Source of the DNA: Bacteroidia bacterium
Lineage (GTDB): Bacteria; Bacteroidota; Bacteroidia; M30B66
Direction: 5' to 3'
Length of the DNA stretch: 64,000 nt
Assembly: GCA_965279035.1 (NCBI GenBank)
Contig: OZ257142.1
Span: 2,208,001 to 2,272,000 of the forward strand
Shown here: positions 50,438-60,870 of the stretch, in pieces
Numbering within the stretch: position 1 is the stretch's first letter
Layout: every line of letters begins with the position of its first letter
Position numbers and translations under genes: made by a program
The notes under the pieces: model-generated
Told to the model about the DNA's origin: nothing
Seen by the model: the letters and a program-made list of their open reading frames with translations, nothing else
Databases searched by the model: none

Positions 50438-51403
50438 ATGCTTCAACCAAGAGATGGCGTCGTACGTATCGGCGTCTTTTACGACGGAAACTATTTTCTG
50501 CACGTAAGTAATTATTACAACTATTTCCATCAGCGCCGCCGCCGCATTAGTATTGCTGGATTGCACGGTTTTATTCGTCAGCAAATAGCTGAAGAAATGC
50601 AGGTAGATTATAGTTTATGTCATGTAGTAGATGCTCATTATTTCCGTGGAAGAATGAGTGCTTACGAAGCCAGCCAACGTGGCAATCAATTATACAATGA
50701 TCGTTTGTTCGATGATGTATTGATGTCGGAAGGTGTTGTTACACACTATTTACCATTGCGCACACGTGCTGGTAGAAAAGAAGAAAAAGGAATTGATGTA
50801 TGGTTGGCTCTTGAAGCACTTGAGCTAACCTGGATGAAAAAATACGATGTATTGGTATTGATCACTTCAGATGGTGATTTTGTTCCACTAATTCGTAAAG
50901 TAAATACACTCGGAACTCGCGTTATGGTTCTTAGCTGGGATTTTGAATATACCGATGATACAGGTCGTGAAATTATCACACGTACTTCTCAAGATTTATT
51001 AGAAGAAGTAACCTATCCTGTTGCAATGCACGAGATTATTGATAGCCATGTAAAGGGCAATGATTTAATTGTAAGTGGATTATTTGTAACACAAGAAAGT
51101 GCTCCTAAAACCTATGAACACATTATAGATAAAGGAGATGCAAAAGTTTCTAAAACCCTCAATATGAAGAGCGGTTATGGATTTGTTGCTTATCCTCCAA
51201 ACAATTTATTCTTCCATTACCTCGATGTAATAGAAGGTGATTTTAATGAGATTCACGATGGTGACACCGTTGAATTTACTATCGAAATCAACGAGAAAGG
51301 AAATGAAGTCGCTAAGAATGTGCGTAAAGTTGCCGACGACTATTATATTCCTGAATCTATTGATCAGGATTTAGGAGAAGAGGAAGAAGATGATGATATG
51401 TAG
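50438..51403 (+). CDS. NYN (LabA/DUF88 PIN-like) domain protein fused to a C-terminal cold-shock domain
   Basis: 'GVFYDGNYF', 'EKGIDVWLALE', 'LITSDGDFVPL'; CSD 'GYGFV...LFFHY...GDTVEF...AKNV'; acidic tail. Confidence 0.9.
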   Translation: MLQPRDGVVRIGVFYDGNYFLHVSNYYNYFHQRRRRISIAGLHGFIRQQIAEEMQVDYSLCHVVDAHYFRGRMSAYEASQRGNQLYNDRLFDDVLMSEGVVTHYLPLRTRAGRKEEKGIDVWLALEALELTWMKKYDVLVLITSDGDFVPLIRKVNTLGTRVMVLSWDFEYTDDTGREIITRTSQDLLEEVTYPVAMHEIIDSHVKGNDLIVSGLFVTQESAPKTYEHIIDKGDAKVSKTLNMKSGYGFVAYPPNNLFFHYLDVIEGDFNEIHDGDTVEFTIEINEKGNEVAKNVRKVADDYYIPESIDQDLGEEEEDDDM

Positions 51404-51425
51404 ATTTTATTAATCTATAAATTCA

Positions 51426-51466
51426 TAATAAACCCGGAATCGTCTATAACTTTTCCGGGTTTATTA
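51426..51466. terminator. Bidirectional terminator between convergent genes
   Basis: 14-bp stem TAATAAACCCGGAA/TTCCGGGTTTATTA. Confidence 0.8.
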
Positions 51467-51467
51467 T

Positions 51468-52547
51468 TTAATATTCTATATTGAAATTAACCGTTTTTAC
51501 CGCACGAGTGAGGGTGTTTTCAATTATCACTTCGTTCACTTGGGTTGAATTCTGCTCAAAAACTTCTTCCAAATTAAGAATAGATCCACATGGAATCTGC
51601 ATCGCATGGAATTTTGATGTCCAATATGCTCGTTCCTTTAATTTGAAAACGGGTAAAAATATTTCTGATAATGCTTTTCTATTTTTCACTCTATTGGGAT
51701 TCGAATTAAACCGAACATCTGAATTTAAAGAAACTAATTCCAAACATGTAAGCAGATTTTGAAACTGATGATCATTTCCAATTGCTAAAATGATCCCTTT
51801 TTCATCCTTGCATAAAAACCATTCTCCATACGGAGCAATATTCGGATGCAAAGTTCCTTGAGCTTCAGGAATAACATGACTCATTAAATAATTACTCGCT
51901 TGATTCGCTAATGCACCAATTGCACTTTCCAATAAATTCACACGAACAATACAACCTTTTCCTGTTTTTAGTTTATTGATTAATCCAAGCAATAATCCTT
52001 CTTTCAATTGATGTCCAGCAAGAATATCTATGAATGCAACAGGTAATCGCGCTGGCGAATTTTTATCTCCTGTCATCGATAAATATCCAGCTTCAGCTTG
52101 CAATACAATATCAAATGCAACCCGTGAATTATTTTCTTGAAATGCATCAATTTGTCCAATGAGAAGTTTCGGAAATCGTTGAATTAATTGTTTGGGACTC
52201 AGATTCCAACGGACAGCTGATTGTTCTTTAAAATTGGAAAGAACGATATCGGCCTTTTGAAGATATTGCTCGAGAATTTCAATATCCGTATTAGAATCCA
52301 AATCAAGCATTACGATTTCTTTCCCTTGATTTACAGATGCATAATAGGCAGAGATATTTTGATTATTCTCTGATTTATTTAACCAAGTACGAGTGACATC
52401 ACCGCCTGTTTTTTTGTTTTCAATTTTAATCACCTTCGCTCCACATTCAACAAAGAATAATCCCACCGAAGGACCTGCCAATACGGAAGCTAGTTCTATA
52501 ACGAGCAAGTCTTTGAAAACCGAAAAAGCAGGATTTTCCTTTTCCAT
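51468..52547 (-). CDS. CaiB/BaiF family CoA-transferase (family III)
   Basis: 'VIELASVLAGP', 'GAKVIKIE', 'FDIVLQAEAG', 'HPNIAPY'; probable start 52547. Confidence 0.92.
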   Translation of the reverse strand: MEKENPAFSVFKDLLVIELASVLAGPSVGLFFVECGAKVIKIENKKTGGDVTRTWLNKSENNQNISAYYASVNQGKEIVMLDLDSNTDIEILEQYLQKADIVLSNFKEQSAVRWNLSPKQLIQRFPKLLIGQIDAFQENNSRVAFDIVLQAEAGYLSMTGDKNSPARLPVAFIDILAGHQLKEGLLLGLINKLKTGKGCIVRVNLLESAIGALANQASNYLMSHVIPEAQGTLHPNIAPYGEWFLCKDEKGIILAIGNDHQFQNLLTCLELVSLNSDVRFNSNPNRVKNRKALSEIFLPVFKLKERAYWTSKFHAMQIPCGSILNLEEVFEQNSTQVNEVIIENTLTRAVKTVNFNIEY

Positions 52548-52548
52548 A

Positions 52549-54987
52549 TTAGAATGGATATCCAATTCCAAAATTTAAATTTCCTTGTCCAAGTTTCTGG
52601 TATTTCAAAACCCAACGATCTCCCAGATTTCCTGATGGATCATGCATTTTATATGCGACATCTAAACGAATAATAAAGAAATCAAAATTTAAACGTAATC
52701 CAGTTCCAATACCAACTGCTATTTCTTTATAAAAACGATTTAATTCAAAATCAGCTAATGGTCGTTGATTATCAACTTTTCTCAACCAAATATTTCCAGC
52801 ATCAACAAAAACTGCCCCTTCGAATATCTTGTAAAGCTTAGAACGATATTCCAAATTCCATTCGAGCTTGATATCACCAATTTGATCAAAGCGAACAGTT
52901 GTTGGATTTCGATATCCTCCAGGACCCAATGAACGTGCTATCCATGCCCGATTTCCATTCGCTCCACCACCAAAAAAACTTTTCACAAATGGCATTACGG
53001 TACTATTTCCATAAGGAATTCCTAATCCTACTATACTGCGCATAGCAATGGATGAGCTTTTTCCGAAAAATCGATAATAACGTAAATCAGTATCAAACCG
53101 AAGGTATTGTGAAAATGGAACACCAAATACAATGTATTTATTATTGTCATTCTTAGCTGCATTGGGAAATAATGCGCGCGATGCCCCAAGCACTAATCCT
53201 GAATTTTCAATATTACTTTGAAAGAAAAGGAAATTCTTCATTTCCCCTATTTTTTGTGTATTGTATATAAAGCTATATCGGATAGAAGAAATCAACTGAC
53301 TTTGAAAACTGTTTTTTAGAAATAAATTATTCGATTTATCTAATAAACTGGAGAATTCAGAACCCAGCGTAACATTCACAAAGTTGATTTCAGAAGGATT
53401 AAATGTATTGGTAATTCGAGTTCCCGATTTAGCCGTATAACCAAAAGCCAAATTGAAGATGTTTCTTTTGTAATCGGGACGTTGCTGATAATTGAATGAA
53501 GTAGTAATACTCGTTTTCTGTCCGGTACTGCCCAAGAAATTCATGAATTTTGGAATCTTAGGTAATTTAAATGAAACTACAGGTCCAAGTAAAATGGTAT
53601 TGAAAGGAAGATATTGCTGAATCGTTTGATTTTCTTGATTTACATCTGATATAATACGTTGGACTTCGAGTGTTGTATTTAAACGAAATTCAATTTGTTC
53701 TAATCCTTTAATTAAATTTCTGTTCGACCAAATAAAATCCCCAGAAACCCCTAAATCGCCTGCTTTATTTGTTCCTTGAGTTTGAATTGTAAATGCATTT
53801 CGTTTATATGGACTTATTTGAATTTCACAATCGAGCAAGCCCAATGTGTCGTTTTTCACTTGTTTAAATTGGATGTTTATGAATTTAAACGATTTATATT
53901 CTGAAATTCTTCGATAGGATTTATCAGCTTCCTTTTTACTATATAAATCTCCTCGGTTTATAGTTATAGCTGGTTTTATTGCTCGTGGTCTAAACTTAAG
54001 TTTACCTTCTGTTACATAATGTATATTATCAAAAAATAAAGTATCGGGCGATTCTGATGAATCGCGTCTCAAACTATAATCTGCAAAAACATATATATTA
54101 TTGATTTTATATCGTGTGTGAGGAAGGCTTATCGTACTGTCGACATACCCTGAAATCCTTTTCAATGGATTCGCAATGTCGAGTGTAATATTTACTTGAT
54201 GAGTATTTAATGAACTATCTGCTTTATAGGTTATATAATTTTTTACAAAAGCAAAGTAGCCTTCATTCTTCAGTAAATCAGTGATTCGAACTCGTTCCAA
54301 TTCTAATTCATCCGTATTATATAGACTTCCTGGTTTAATTAAGCAGCGCCCTTTGTCGTTTAAAACCAAACTTTTTATCGTTTCGTCTTCTATATCATAT
54401 TCTATCGATTTGATTGAATATGGAGTTCCAGCATTTATTTTGAAATAAGCATTTTTCATTTGCTTTCGGCCCTTTTGCAAACCAACCGAATCAGTCACAA
54501 TAGCATTGAAATATCCATGATTCTTTAGAAACAATTCAATTTGCTTTGAAGATCGATTTGTAATTGCAGTATCTAAAATGACCGGAGCTTCACCAACATT
54601 TAAGCGCCATTTTGATAAACTCAATGGCTCTTCATTTTTTTGTTTTTTTCCTTGAGCTTTCCGAGTTTCATTTAAGAGTTTTCTTTTCTCAAGTCGTTTC
54701 TCATACTTGGGAATAAACTTTTTTTGATTCACCGTATTGTAAATCCATAAATGAAAACGCCAAAACCCAACAATTTTCCGATTCGGTTTTTGACGTACAT
54801 ATGGCAATAATTCAGAATCAAGTATTCGTGTTTTATTATTTAAAATGATGTTCCGATTGAGTAAGTATTGATCTTTTTGCAGCTTACGTGTGGGATTACA
54901 TGCACTTAGAATGCAGATTACCAATAGAAACAACGTTCCGGAAATCATCCCCTTTGATGGGCTATACGTGGAAAACCGGTTTTGCAT
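52549..54987 (-). CDS. Omp85-family lipoprotein (TamL/BamA-like)
   Basis: Lipobox ILSAC after start 54987; POTRA-like 'GYFNA'; 'FFGGGANGNRAW', 'FVDAGNIW', 'IRLDVA', C-terminal 'NFGIGYPF'. Confidence 0.9.
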   Translation of the reverse strand: MQNRFSTYSPSKGMISGTLFLLVICILSACNPTRKLQKDQYLLNRNIILNNKTRILDSELLPYVRQKPNRKIVGFWRFHLWIYNTVNQKKFIPKYEKRLEKRKLLNETRKAQGKKQKNEEPLSLSKWRLNVGEAPVILDTAITNRSSKQIELFLKNHGYFNAIVTDSVGLQKGRKQMKNAYFKINAGTPYSIKSIEYDIEDETIKSLVLNDKGRCLIKPGSLYNTDELELERVRITDLLKNEGYFAFVKNYITYKADSSLNTHQVNITLDIANPLKRISGYVDSTISLPHTRYKINNIYVFADYSLRRDSSESPDTLFFDNIHYVTEGKLKFRPRAIKPAITINRGDLYSKKEADKSYRRISEYKSFKFINIQFKQVKNDTLGLLDCEIQISPYKRNAFTIQTQGTNKAGDLGVSGDFIWSNRNLIKGLEQIEFRLNTTLEVQRIISDVNQENQTIQQYLPFNTILLGPVVSFKLPKIPKFMNFLGSTGQKTSITTSFNYQQRPDYKRNIFNLAFGYTAKSGTRITNTFNPSEINFVNVTLGSEFSSLLDKSNNLFLKNSFQSQLISSIRYSFIYNTQKIGEMKNFLFFQSNIENSGLVLGASRALFPNAAKNDNNKYIVFGVPFSQYLRFDTDLRYYRFFGKSSSIAMRSIVGLGIPYGNSTVMPFVKSFFGGGANGNRAWIARSLGPGGYRNPTTVRFDQIGDIKLEWNLEYRSKLYKIFEGAVFVDAGNIWLRKVDNQRPLADFELNRFYKEIAVGIGTGLRLNFDFFIIRLDVAYKMHDPSGNLGDRWVLKYQKLGQGNLNFGIGYPF

Positions 54988-55033
54988 TCGCTCTTTGTGG
55001 TACTTTAGCTGGCTCAAAAATAAGGGCTTTTCT

Positions 55034-55822
55034 ATGCTGGGCAAAAATAGACTTCGTGAACTACAGCAATTACATCAAAAGAAATTCAGAGAAGAACAGA
55101 AAATGTTCCTAGCCGAAGGCGCTAAGATCGTTCCTGAATTGCTTCAATCTGAATTTCCAGTAAAAGAAGTTTTTGCTTTAGATTTTTGGCTTACCAACAA
55201 CCATGCACTTATCCAAATGGCTGGTTGTAAAGCCACTGAAATCACCCAACAAGAATTAGAAAAACTGAGTCAACTTCAAAGCCCGCAGGAAGTAATTGCA
55301 TTATGTGAAACGCCTCAACAAAAGTTGAATGATTTGAAATCGGGACAATTGGCTCTGCTGCTGGATTCTATTCGTGATCCCGGAAACATGGGAACCTTAT
55401 TGCGATTAGCCGATTGGTTTGGACTAGATGCCGTATACGCCACCAACGATTGCGTGGAATGGACCAATCCCAAAGTCATTCAAGCTACGATGGGTTCCTT
55501 TATCCGAATTCAACCTATTTATGTAGATGCAGAAGTGTTGCTTTCACCATTGAAAGGGAAATTTCCGGTTTATGCAGCCGATTTAGATGGAGAAAATCTA
55601 TACACTAGCACCTACACTGCCGAAGGAATTCTCATTATTAGTAACGAAGCTCATGGATTGAATCCCATTTTAGAAAACTATCTAAGTGGAAAAATTCATA
55701 TTCCTGCATTTCCACGAAATGGGAAACAACCTGAATCGCTCAATGCTGCTATGGCTGGGGCTATTGTTTTAGGGGAATTTAGTCGACGAAGACTTTTAAC
55801 CCGAAATCAAGAAAAGGCATAA
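55034..55822 (+). CDS. TrmH/SpoU family RNA methyltransferase
   Basis: 'FLAEG', 'IRDPGNMGTLLR.ADWFG', 'SNEAHG', 'ESLNAAMA'; ATG at 55034. Confidence 0.92.
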   Translation: MLGKNRLRELQQLHQKKFREEQKMFLAEGAKIVPELLQSEFPVKEVFALDFWLTNNHALIQMAGCKATEITQQELEKLSQLQSPQEVIALCETPQQKLNDLKSGQLALLLDSIRDPGNMGTLLRLADWFGLDAVYATNDCVEWTNPKVIQATMGSFIRIQPIYVDAEVLLSPLKGKFPVYAADLDGENLYTSTYTAEGILIISNEAHGLNPILENYLSGKIHIPAFPRNGKQPESLNAAMAGAIVLGEFSRRRLLTRNQEKA

Positions 55823-55832
55823 TTTTGCAGCA

Positions 55833-56870
55833 ATGTACAAAGGCTTTATTCGTCCCTTTCTTTTCTTATTCTCTGCAGAAAAAGCTCATACAATCTCCGT
55901 TGCAAGTTTCAAATTGCTTCTTTGGATTCCCGGTATGGAAGGTATCATTCGTTGGTATTCTCATGGATTTTCGAGGAATCTTCGATTCGATAAAAAAGGA
56001 CTTCGTTTTCCAAATCGTATTGGACTAGCCGCTGGGTTTGATAAAAATGCCACTTTTTACAAGCAGTTTCGGCACCTTGGTTTTGGATTTATTGAGGTTG
56101 GAACTGTAACTCCATTAGCTCAACCCGGAAATCCCAAACCACGTTTGTTTCGATTGAAAGCTGATGAGGCAATCATTAACCGAATGGGTTTCAATAATGA
56201 AGGGGTAGAAGCCATGGTGAAACGATTGAAAAAACGCCCAGAAGGACTGATCGTAGGAGGAAACATCGGAAAAAATAAAAATACACCAAACGAAAATGCA
56301 GTTAATGACTACTTAATTTGTTTCAGAGCACTTCAGCCGTATGTTGATTATTTTGCTGTCAATGTGAGTTCTCCCAACACGCCAGGATTAAGGGCTTTGC
56401 AGGAAAAGGAACCATTAAAAGCTTTGCTCAAAGCCATTCAAGAAGAAGCTCGACATTTGGGTGCAAATCAACCGGTGCTTTTAAAAATTGCTCCCGATTT
56501 AAGTCAGGAGGAATTGGCTGATATTGTTGAAATTATTCATGAATGCGAACTAGCAGGTGTCATTGCTACTAATACAACAATTTCCAGAGAACATTTAGTG
56601 ACTTCAGCAGAAAAAATAAAAGAAATAGGTGCAGGAGGATTAAGTGGGAAACCTGTTAAATTAAGGTCAACGGAAGTAATTCGGTTTTTACGTGAACAAT
56701 TAGGTCCAGAACCACTTATCATTGGAGTAGGAGGGATCCATTCGGCAACTGATGCATTAGAAAAAATTGAAAACGGAGCGGATCTCATTCAATTATACAC
56801 AGGTTTTATTTATGAAGGTCCATCCTTAATTCGTTCCATTCATCAAAAATTAGATCAACTCAACGCATGA
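55833..56870 (+). CDS. pyrD: Quinone-dependent dihydroorotate dehydrogenase
   Basis: 'GLAAGFDKN', 'NRMGFNN.G', 'NVSSPNTPGLR', 'KIAPDL', 'GGLSG'. Confidence 0.96.
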   Translation: MYKGFIRPFLFLFSAEKAHTISVASFKLLLWIPGMEGIIRWYSHGFSRNLRFDKKGLRFPNRIGLAAGFDKNATFYKQFRHLGFGFIEVGTVTPLAQPGNPKPRLFRLKADEAIINRMGFNNEGVEAMVKRLKKRPEGLIVGGNIGKNKNTPNENAVNDYLICFRALQPYVDYFAVNVSSPNTPGLRALQEKEPLKALLKAIQEEARHLGANQPVLLKIAPDLSQEELADIVEIIHECELAGVIATNTTISREHLVTSAEKIKEIGAGGLSGKPVKLRSTEVIRFLREQLGPEPLIIGVGGIHSATDALEKIENGADLIQLYTGFIYEGPSLIRSIHQKLDQLNA

Positions 56871-57724
56871 TACACATTACCGAATGTCCGCGTGATGCGA
56901 TGCAAGGCATTCATACATTTATTCCTACAAATGAGAAGATTAGTTATCTTCAAAAACTGCTTGCTGTTGGTTTTCCCGTGTTGGATGCAGGAAGTTTCGT
57001 TTCCCCTAAAGCCATTCCTCAGTTAGCAGATACAAGGGAAGTATTTGATGCTTTGGATATGAGTGTATCAAAGACAAAAATATTGGCCATTGTTGCTAAT
57101 CAGCGTGGTGCAGAAGAAGCGTCATCTGTTGAAAAAGTGAGCTATTTGGGTTTCCCTTTTTCAGTGTCCGAAACATTTCAACAACGTAATACCAATTCAT
57201 CCATTCTTCAATCACTTGAACGGGTTGAGCATATTCTTGAAATTTGTGATAAGAATAAAAAAGAGCTCATCGTTTATCTGTCAATGGCATTTGGAAATCC
57301 CTATGGAGATCCTTGGTCGCCCGAATGGGTTGCTGAATGGGCGCAAAAGCTTGAAAATATCGGTGTAAAACATCTTTCCTTAGCCGATACAACAGGAATT
57401 TCGGATGAAGAAACAATCTCATCACTATTCAAAACAATTGTCCCCAAACTTCAACAAGCAACATTATCTGTTCATTTACATACTTTGCCTGGTGATGTTG
57501 CTTTAAAAGCTGAAGCAGCCTACAATGCTGGATGTACACGTTTCGATACAGCCATGAAAGGCTTTGGTGGATGTCCTATGGCAAGTGATTCTCTTACAGG
57601 AAATATGGCAACCGAAGTATTGAATCTTTGGGCTTCCTCAAAAAATATTGAAACCGGAATAAATCAAAATGCGTTTTTAGAAGCTGAAAATGCTGCGTCG
57701 TTTTTATTTGCGCGTTATCTTTAA
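56867..57724 (+). CDS. Hydroxymethylglutaryl-CoA lyase family protein
   Basis: 'ECPRDAMQG', 'SFVSPKAIPQ', 'SLADTTG', 'HLH', 'GGCP', 'GNMATE'. Confidence 0.92.
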   Translation: MIHITECPRDAMQGIHTFIPTNEKISYLQKLLAVGFPVLDAGSFVSPKAIPQLADTREVFDALDMSVSKTKILAIVANQRGAEEASSVEKVSYLGFPFSVSETFQQRNTNSSILQSLERVEHILEICDKNKKELIVYLSMAFGNPYGDPWSPEWVAEWAQKLENIGVKHLSLADTTGISDEETISSLFKTIVPKLQQATLSVHLHTLPGDVALKAEAAYNAGCTRFDTAMKGFGGCPMASDSLTGNMATEVLNLWASSKNIETGINQNAFLEAENAASFLFARYL

Positions 57725-57751
57725 AGAATTTTTAAAATTTATCACAAGCAC

Positions 57752-60700
57752 ATGCGAATTCGTTTTCTAATCAATAGTTTGTTCATTTTTCTTGTTTCTT
57801 TCAATCTAAAAGGACAATCTACCAATTCGGATTTTCATTCGGGGCAACTTTTTGTGAAGATGAAGGAAGAATTTCCAAGAGCAATCTCCATTGAAAGTCC
57901 TAAGGATATTCAACAATTTTTTCAAGCCTATCAATCGGAATTTGGAATTACACATGTTAAATCAACTTTTTGGTTTTCAAAAACAGCTAGCAACCGCATC
58001 GTTCGTGTTTATTTCAATCCAAATACAAACGTTGATTTATTCATCAAAAACTTGGAATCCTCTGGAAAAGTGGAGTATGCTGAGCGAATTCCAATTTCAA
58101 AACATCATTTCACCCCTAACGATTTAGGTTCTAATTCTACCATTGCGGGTGGACAGTGGTACATGTATAAAATTCATGCACCCGAAGCTTGGGATGTTCA
58201 AACTGCATCTAATACAGTAGTTGTAGCTGTTGTTGATGATGCAATTCAAGTTACTCATTCCGAATTACAAGGTGTTGCATTAACAGGATATGATGTTGCA
58301 GATTTTGATTTTGATGTGAGTCCTCCCGATGCAACATGGGATCATGGAACACACATAGCAGGATTAATTGCTGCCAAAACGAATAATGGAAACGGGATGG
58401 CTTCATTGGCTTATGGAGTTAAAATCCTACCTATTAAAATTACAACCAATACAGATCCTAATACCATTGTTTCTGAGTATGAGGGCGTTTCTTATGCCAT
58501 TGAGCATGGAGCAAATGTGATAAATATGAGTTGGGGATCACATGTTTCTTCCCAAACAGGATTGGCGATTATGACAGATGCATACAATGCTGGAATTACT
58601 TTGGTTGCTTCCGCTGGAAATGAAGGGACATCTGTAATAAATTATCCTGCAGGTTTTCCACATGTAATCAGTGTTGCCTCTACCAATAATATTGATGTTC
58701 GTTCTACTTTTTCGAGTTATGGTGGTTGGGTTGATATTTCTGCTCCGGGTTCTCAAATATGGTCGCTTGCACCCAATGATGGAACTGCAATAAAAAACGG
58801 GACTTCTTTTGCAGCTCCATTAGTTGCTGCAACAGCGGCATTACTAAAATCCGCTAATCCATTGTTGAGTCAAGATGAAATTGAAAATTGTATTATTTCC
58901 TCAGCCGATAATATTGAAATATTTAACCCCAATTATTTTAACCAATTAGGCTCAGGTCGATTGAATGTAATAGAAGCTCTCAATTGTTTAAATGCCAATG
59001 CAGCAGATATCAATGCATGGCTCGACAAAGTTGTATCACCTGCTACAAGCATTTGTGAAACGAATACAACACCAGTAATTCGCGTTGTTAATTCGGGACT
59101 TGACACTATTCAATCGATGACCATTGCTTGGAAACTCGATAATGGATTCACGAATTATTATACTTGGAATGGTGAAATTCAACATGGATTTTCAGAGAAT
59201 ATCATCTTACCTAATATTAATGTTGCACCCGGTCAACATGTTTTGCAAGTAAATATTCTGAATGCGATTAATACCAATCAACACGATGCGTTCATGCAAA
59301 ATAATGTGTTGGTTTATTCATTTCATGTTTTAGGAAATACGGGCGTTCAATTACCATTTTCAGAAAACTTCGAATCGGGTTCTTTTAACACAAACAATTG
59401 GGTAGTAGAAGATCAAGGTGGTTTTGCAACATGGGAAATTGCCGCTACATTAGGTACAAGTCCTGGAAATAAATCGGCTCGAATCCCATATTTTACTGAT
59501 TTTTCAACTGGAAATCGAGATTATTTAGTTAGCCAAACACTCAATTTTACTGGATATTCTGCTATCAGTATGACATTTAAATATGCGTATCAGCAACGCA
59601 TACCTGGTATCACCGATTCACTTATAGTATCTATTTCTTCCGATTGCGGAAATACCTGGAACCGTTTATGGCAACGTGGTGAAAATGATGCGTATAGTTT
59701 TGCTACTACACCTTATACGGGCTCTTATTTTAGTCCTCAATTTTCGGATGATTGGTGCGGAAATCTTGTAACCAATACAACGTGTGGTACTATTAATTTA
59801 ACTGCTTTTGCAGGAATGACAGGTGTTCGTATCCGCTTTGAAGGTTATAGCAGAGCTGGTAATAATATCTATATTGATAATATTAATATCACCGGAACTT
59901 CGAGTAATCAAGCACCTGTAGCCGATTTTAATGCGAATGGAAATTTACAATCGTGTCAAAATAGCACTGTTGTTTTCACAAATAATAGTTTGAATAATCC
60001 AACTACTTATTCGTGGTTGTTTGAAAATGGAACACCTGCAACGTCCAATCAATTTTCACCACAGGTTTCTTGGGATACTGTTGGAACTTTTGATGTTCGT
60101 TTAATTGCAAGTAATGCAACTGGTTCGGACACGCTTTTATTGAACGACTACATTCAGATTTTACCTAATCCAGTTATAAGCATTCAAAGTTCACAAGATT
60201 CAATTTGTGTTGGATTACAAATTCAATTAGAAGCTCAAGGAGGTTCACTGTATTTATGGAATGCATCTACTGGTTTGGCTTCAACAGATTCTTCCATCGT
60301 TCACGTAATTCCTTCAGGAAATACTACCTATGTTGTTTTTGGAGCATCAAGCAATGGATGTATTAGTAGTGCACAAAAAACAATCACTACATTAAGTCCA
60401 CCTTCACCACCAGTAATAACATTGAACAATCTCACATTGGTTTCTCCAACTGCCCAATCCTATATTTGGTATATCAATGGATTGGAAATTGAAAATTCAA
60501 ATTCAGCTACTTGGGATCCGATTTTAAATGGGAATTACAATGTTCGAATCTATGATCAATATGGTTGTACGGCAATTTCATCAATCTATAATGTGAATTG
60601 GGTTGGCATACATGAAATTAATCAAAAGCAAATCATCTATTCTCCTAATCCAGCTAACAAAAGTGTATTTATCCAATCCGAATCGCTTGTTAAAGACTTT

Positions 60701-60856
60701 CAGATTTTTTCAGTTTCGGGGCAGATAATCCTAAATAAAAGCATTCAGGCATATTCAACTTCAATCAATACTGAAGAAATTCCGAGTGGATTTTATTTCA
60801 TCCGTTTTCGCACTTTGGATGGAGATCAAACACGAAGGCTAGTAATTGCACATTAA
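57752..60856 (+). CDS. S8 subtilisin-like serine protease with PKD domain and T9SS type A CTD
   Basis: Triad motifs 'VAVVDD', 'HGTHIAG', 'GTSFAAP'; oxyanion 'SAGNE'; CTD 'YSPNPA...SGFYFIR'. Confidence 0.93.
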   Translation: MRIRFLINSLFIFLVSFNLKGQSTNSDFHSGQLFVKMKEEFPRAISIESPKDIQQFFQAYQSEFGITHVKSTFWFSKTASNRIVRVYFNPNTNVDLFIKNLESSGKVEYAERIPISKHHFTPNDLGSNSTIAGGQWYMYKIHAPEAWDVQTASNTVVVAVVDDAIQVTHSELQGVALTGYDVADFDFDVSPPDATWDHGTHIAGLIAAKTNNGNGMASLAYGVKILPIKITTNTDPNTIVSEYEGVSYAIEHGANVINMSWGSHVSSQTGLAIMTDAYNAGITLVASAGNEGTSVINYPAGFPHVISVASTNNIDVRSTFSSYGGWVDISAPGSQIWSLAPNDGTAIKNGTSFAAPLVAATAALLKSANPLLSQDEIENCIISSADNIEIFNPNYFNQLGSGRLNVIEALNCLNANAADINAWLDKVVSPATSICETNTTPVIRVVNSGLDTIQSMTIAWKLDNGFTNYYTWNGEIQHGFSENIILPNINVAPGQHVLQVNILNAINTNQHDAFMQNNVLVYSFHVLGNTGVQLPFSENFESGSFNTNNWVVEDQGGFATWEIAATLGTSPGNKSARIPYFTDFSTGNRDYLVSQTLNFTGYSAISMTFKYAYQQRIPGITDSLIVSISSDCGNTWNRLWQRGENDAYSFATTPYTGSYFSPQFSDDWCGNLVTNTTCGTINLTAFAGMTGVRIRFEGYSRAGNNIYIDNINITGTSSNQAPVADFNANGNLQSCQNSTVVFTNNSLNNPTTYSWLFENGTPATSNQFSPQVSWDTVGTFDVRLIASNATGSDTLLLNDYIQILPNPVISIQSSQDSICVGLQIQLEAQGGSLYLWNASTGLASTDSSIVHVIPSGNTTYVVFGASSNGCISSAQKTITTLSPPSPPVITLNNLTLVSPTAQSYIWYINGLEIENSNSATWDPILNGNYNVRIYDQYGCTAISSIYNVNWVGIHEINQKQIIYSPNPANKSVFIQSESLVKDFQIFSVSGQIILNKSIQAYSTSINTEEIPSGFYFIRFRTLDGDQTRRLVIAH

Positions 60857-60870
60857 TAAAGAAGATACAT

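Noticed and set aside
54890-55044. Apparent head-to-head overlap of the TamL-like and TrmH ORFs
   Set aside because: Disappears with the more plausible starts 54987 (-) and 55034 (+).
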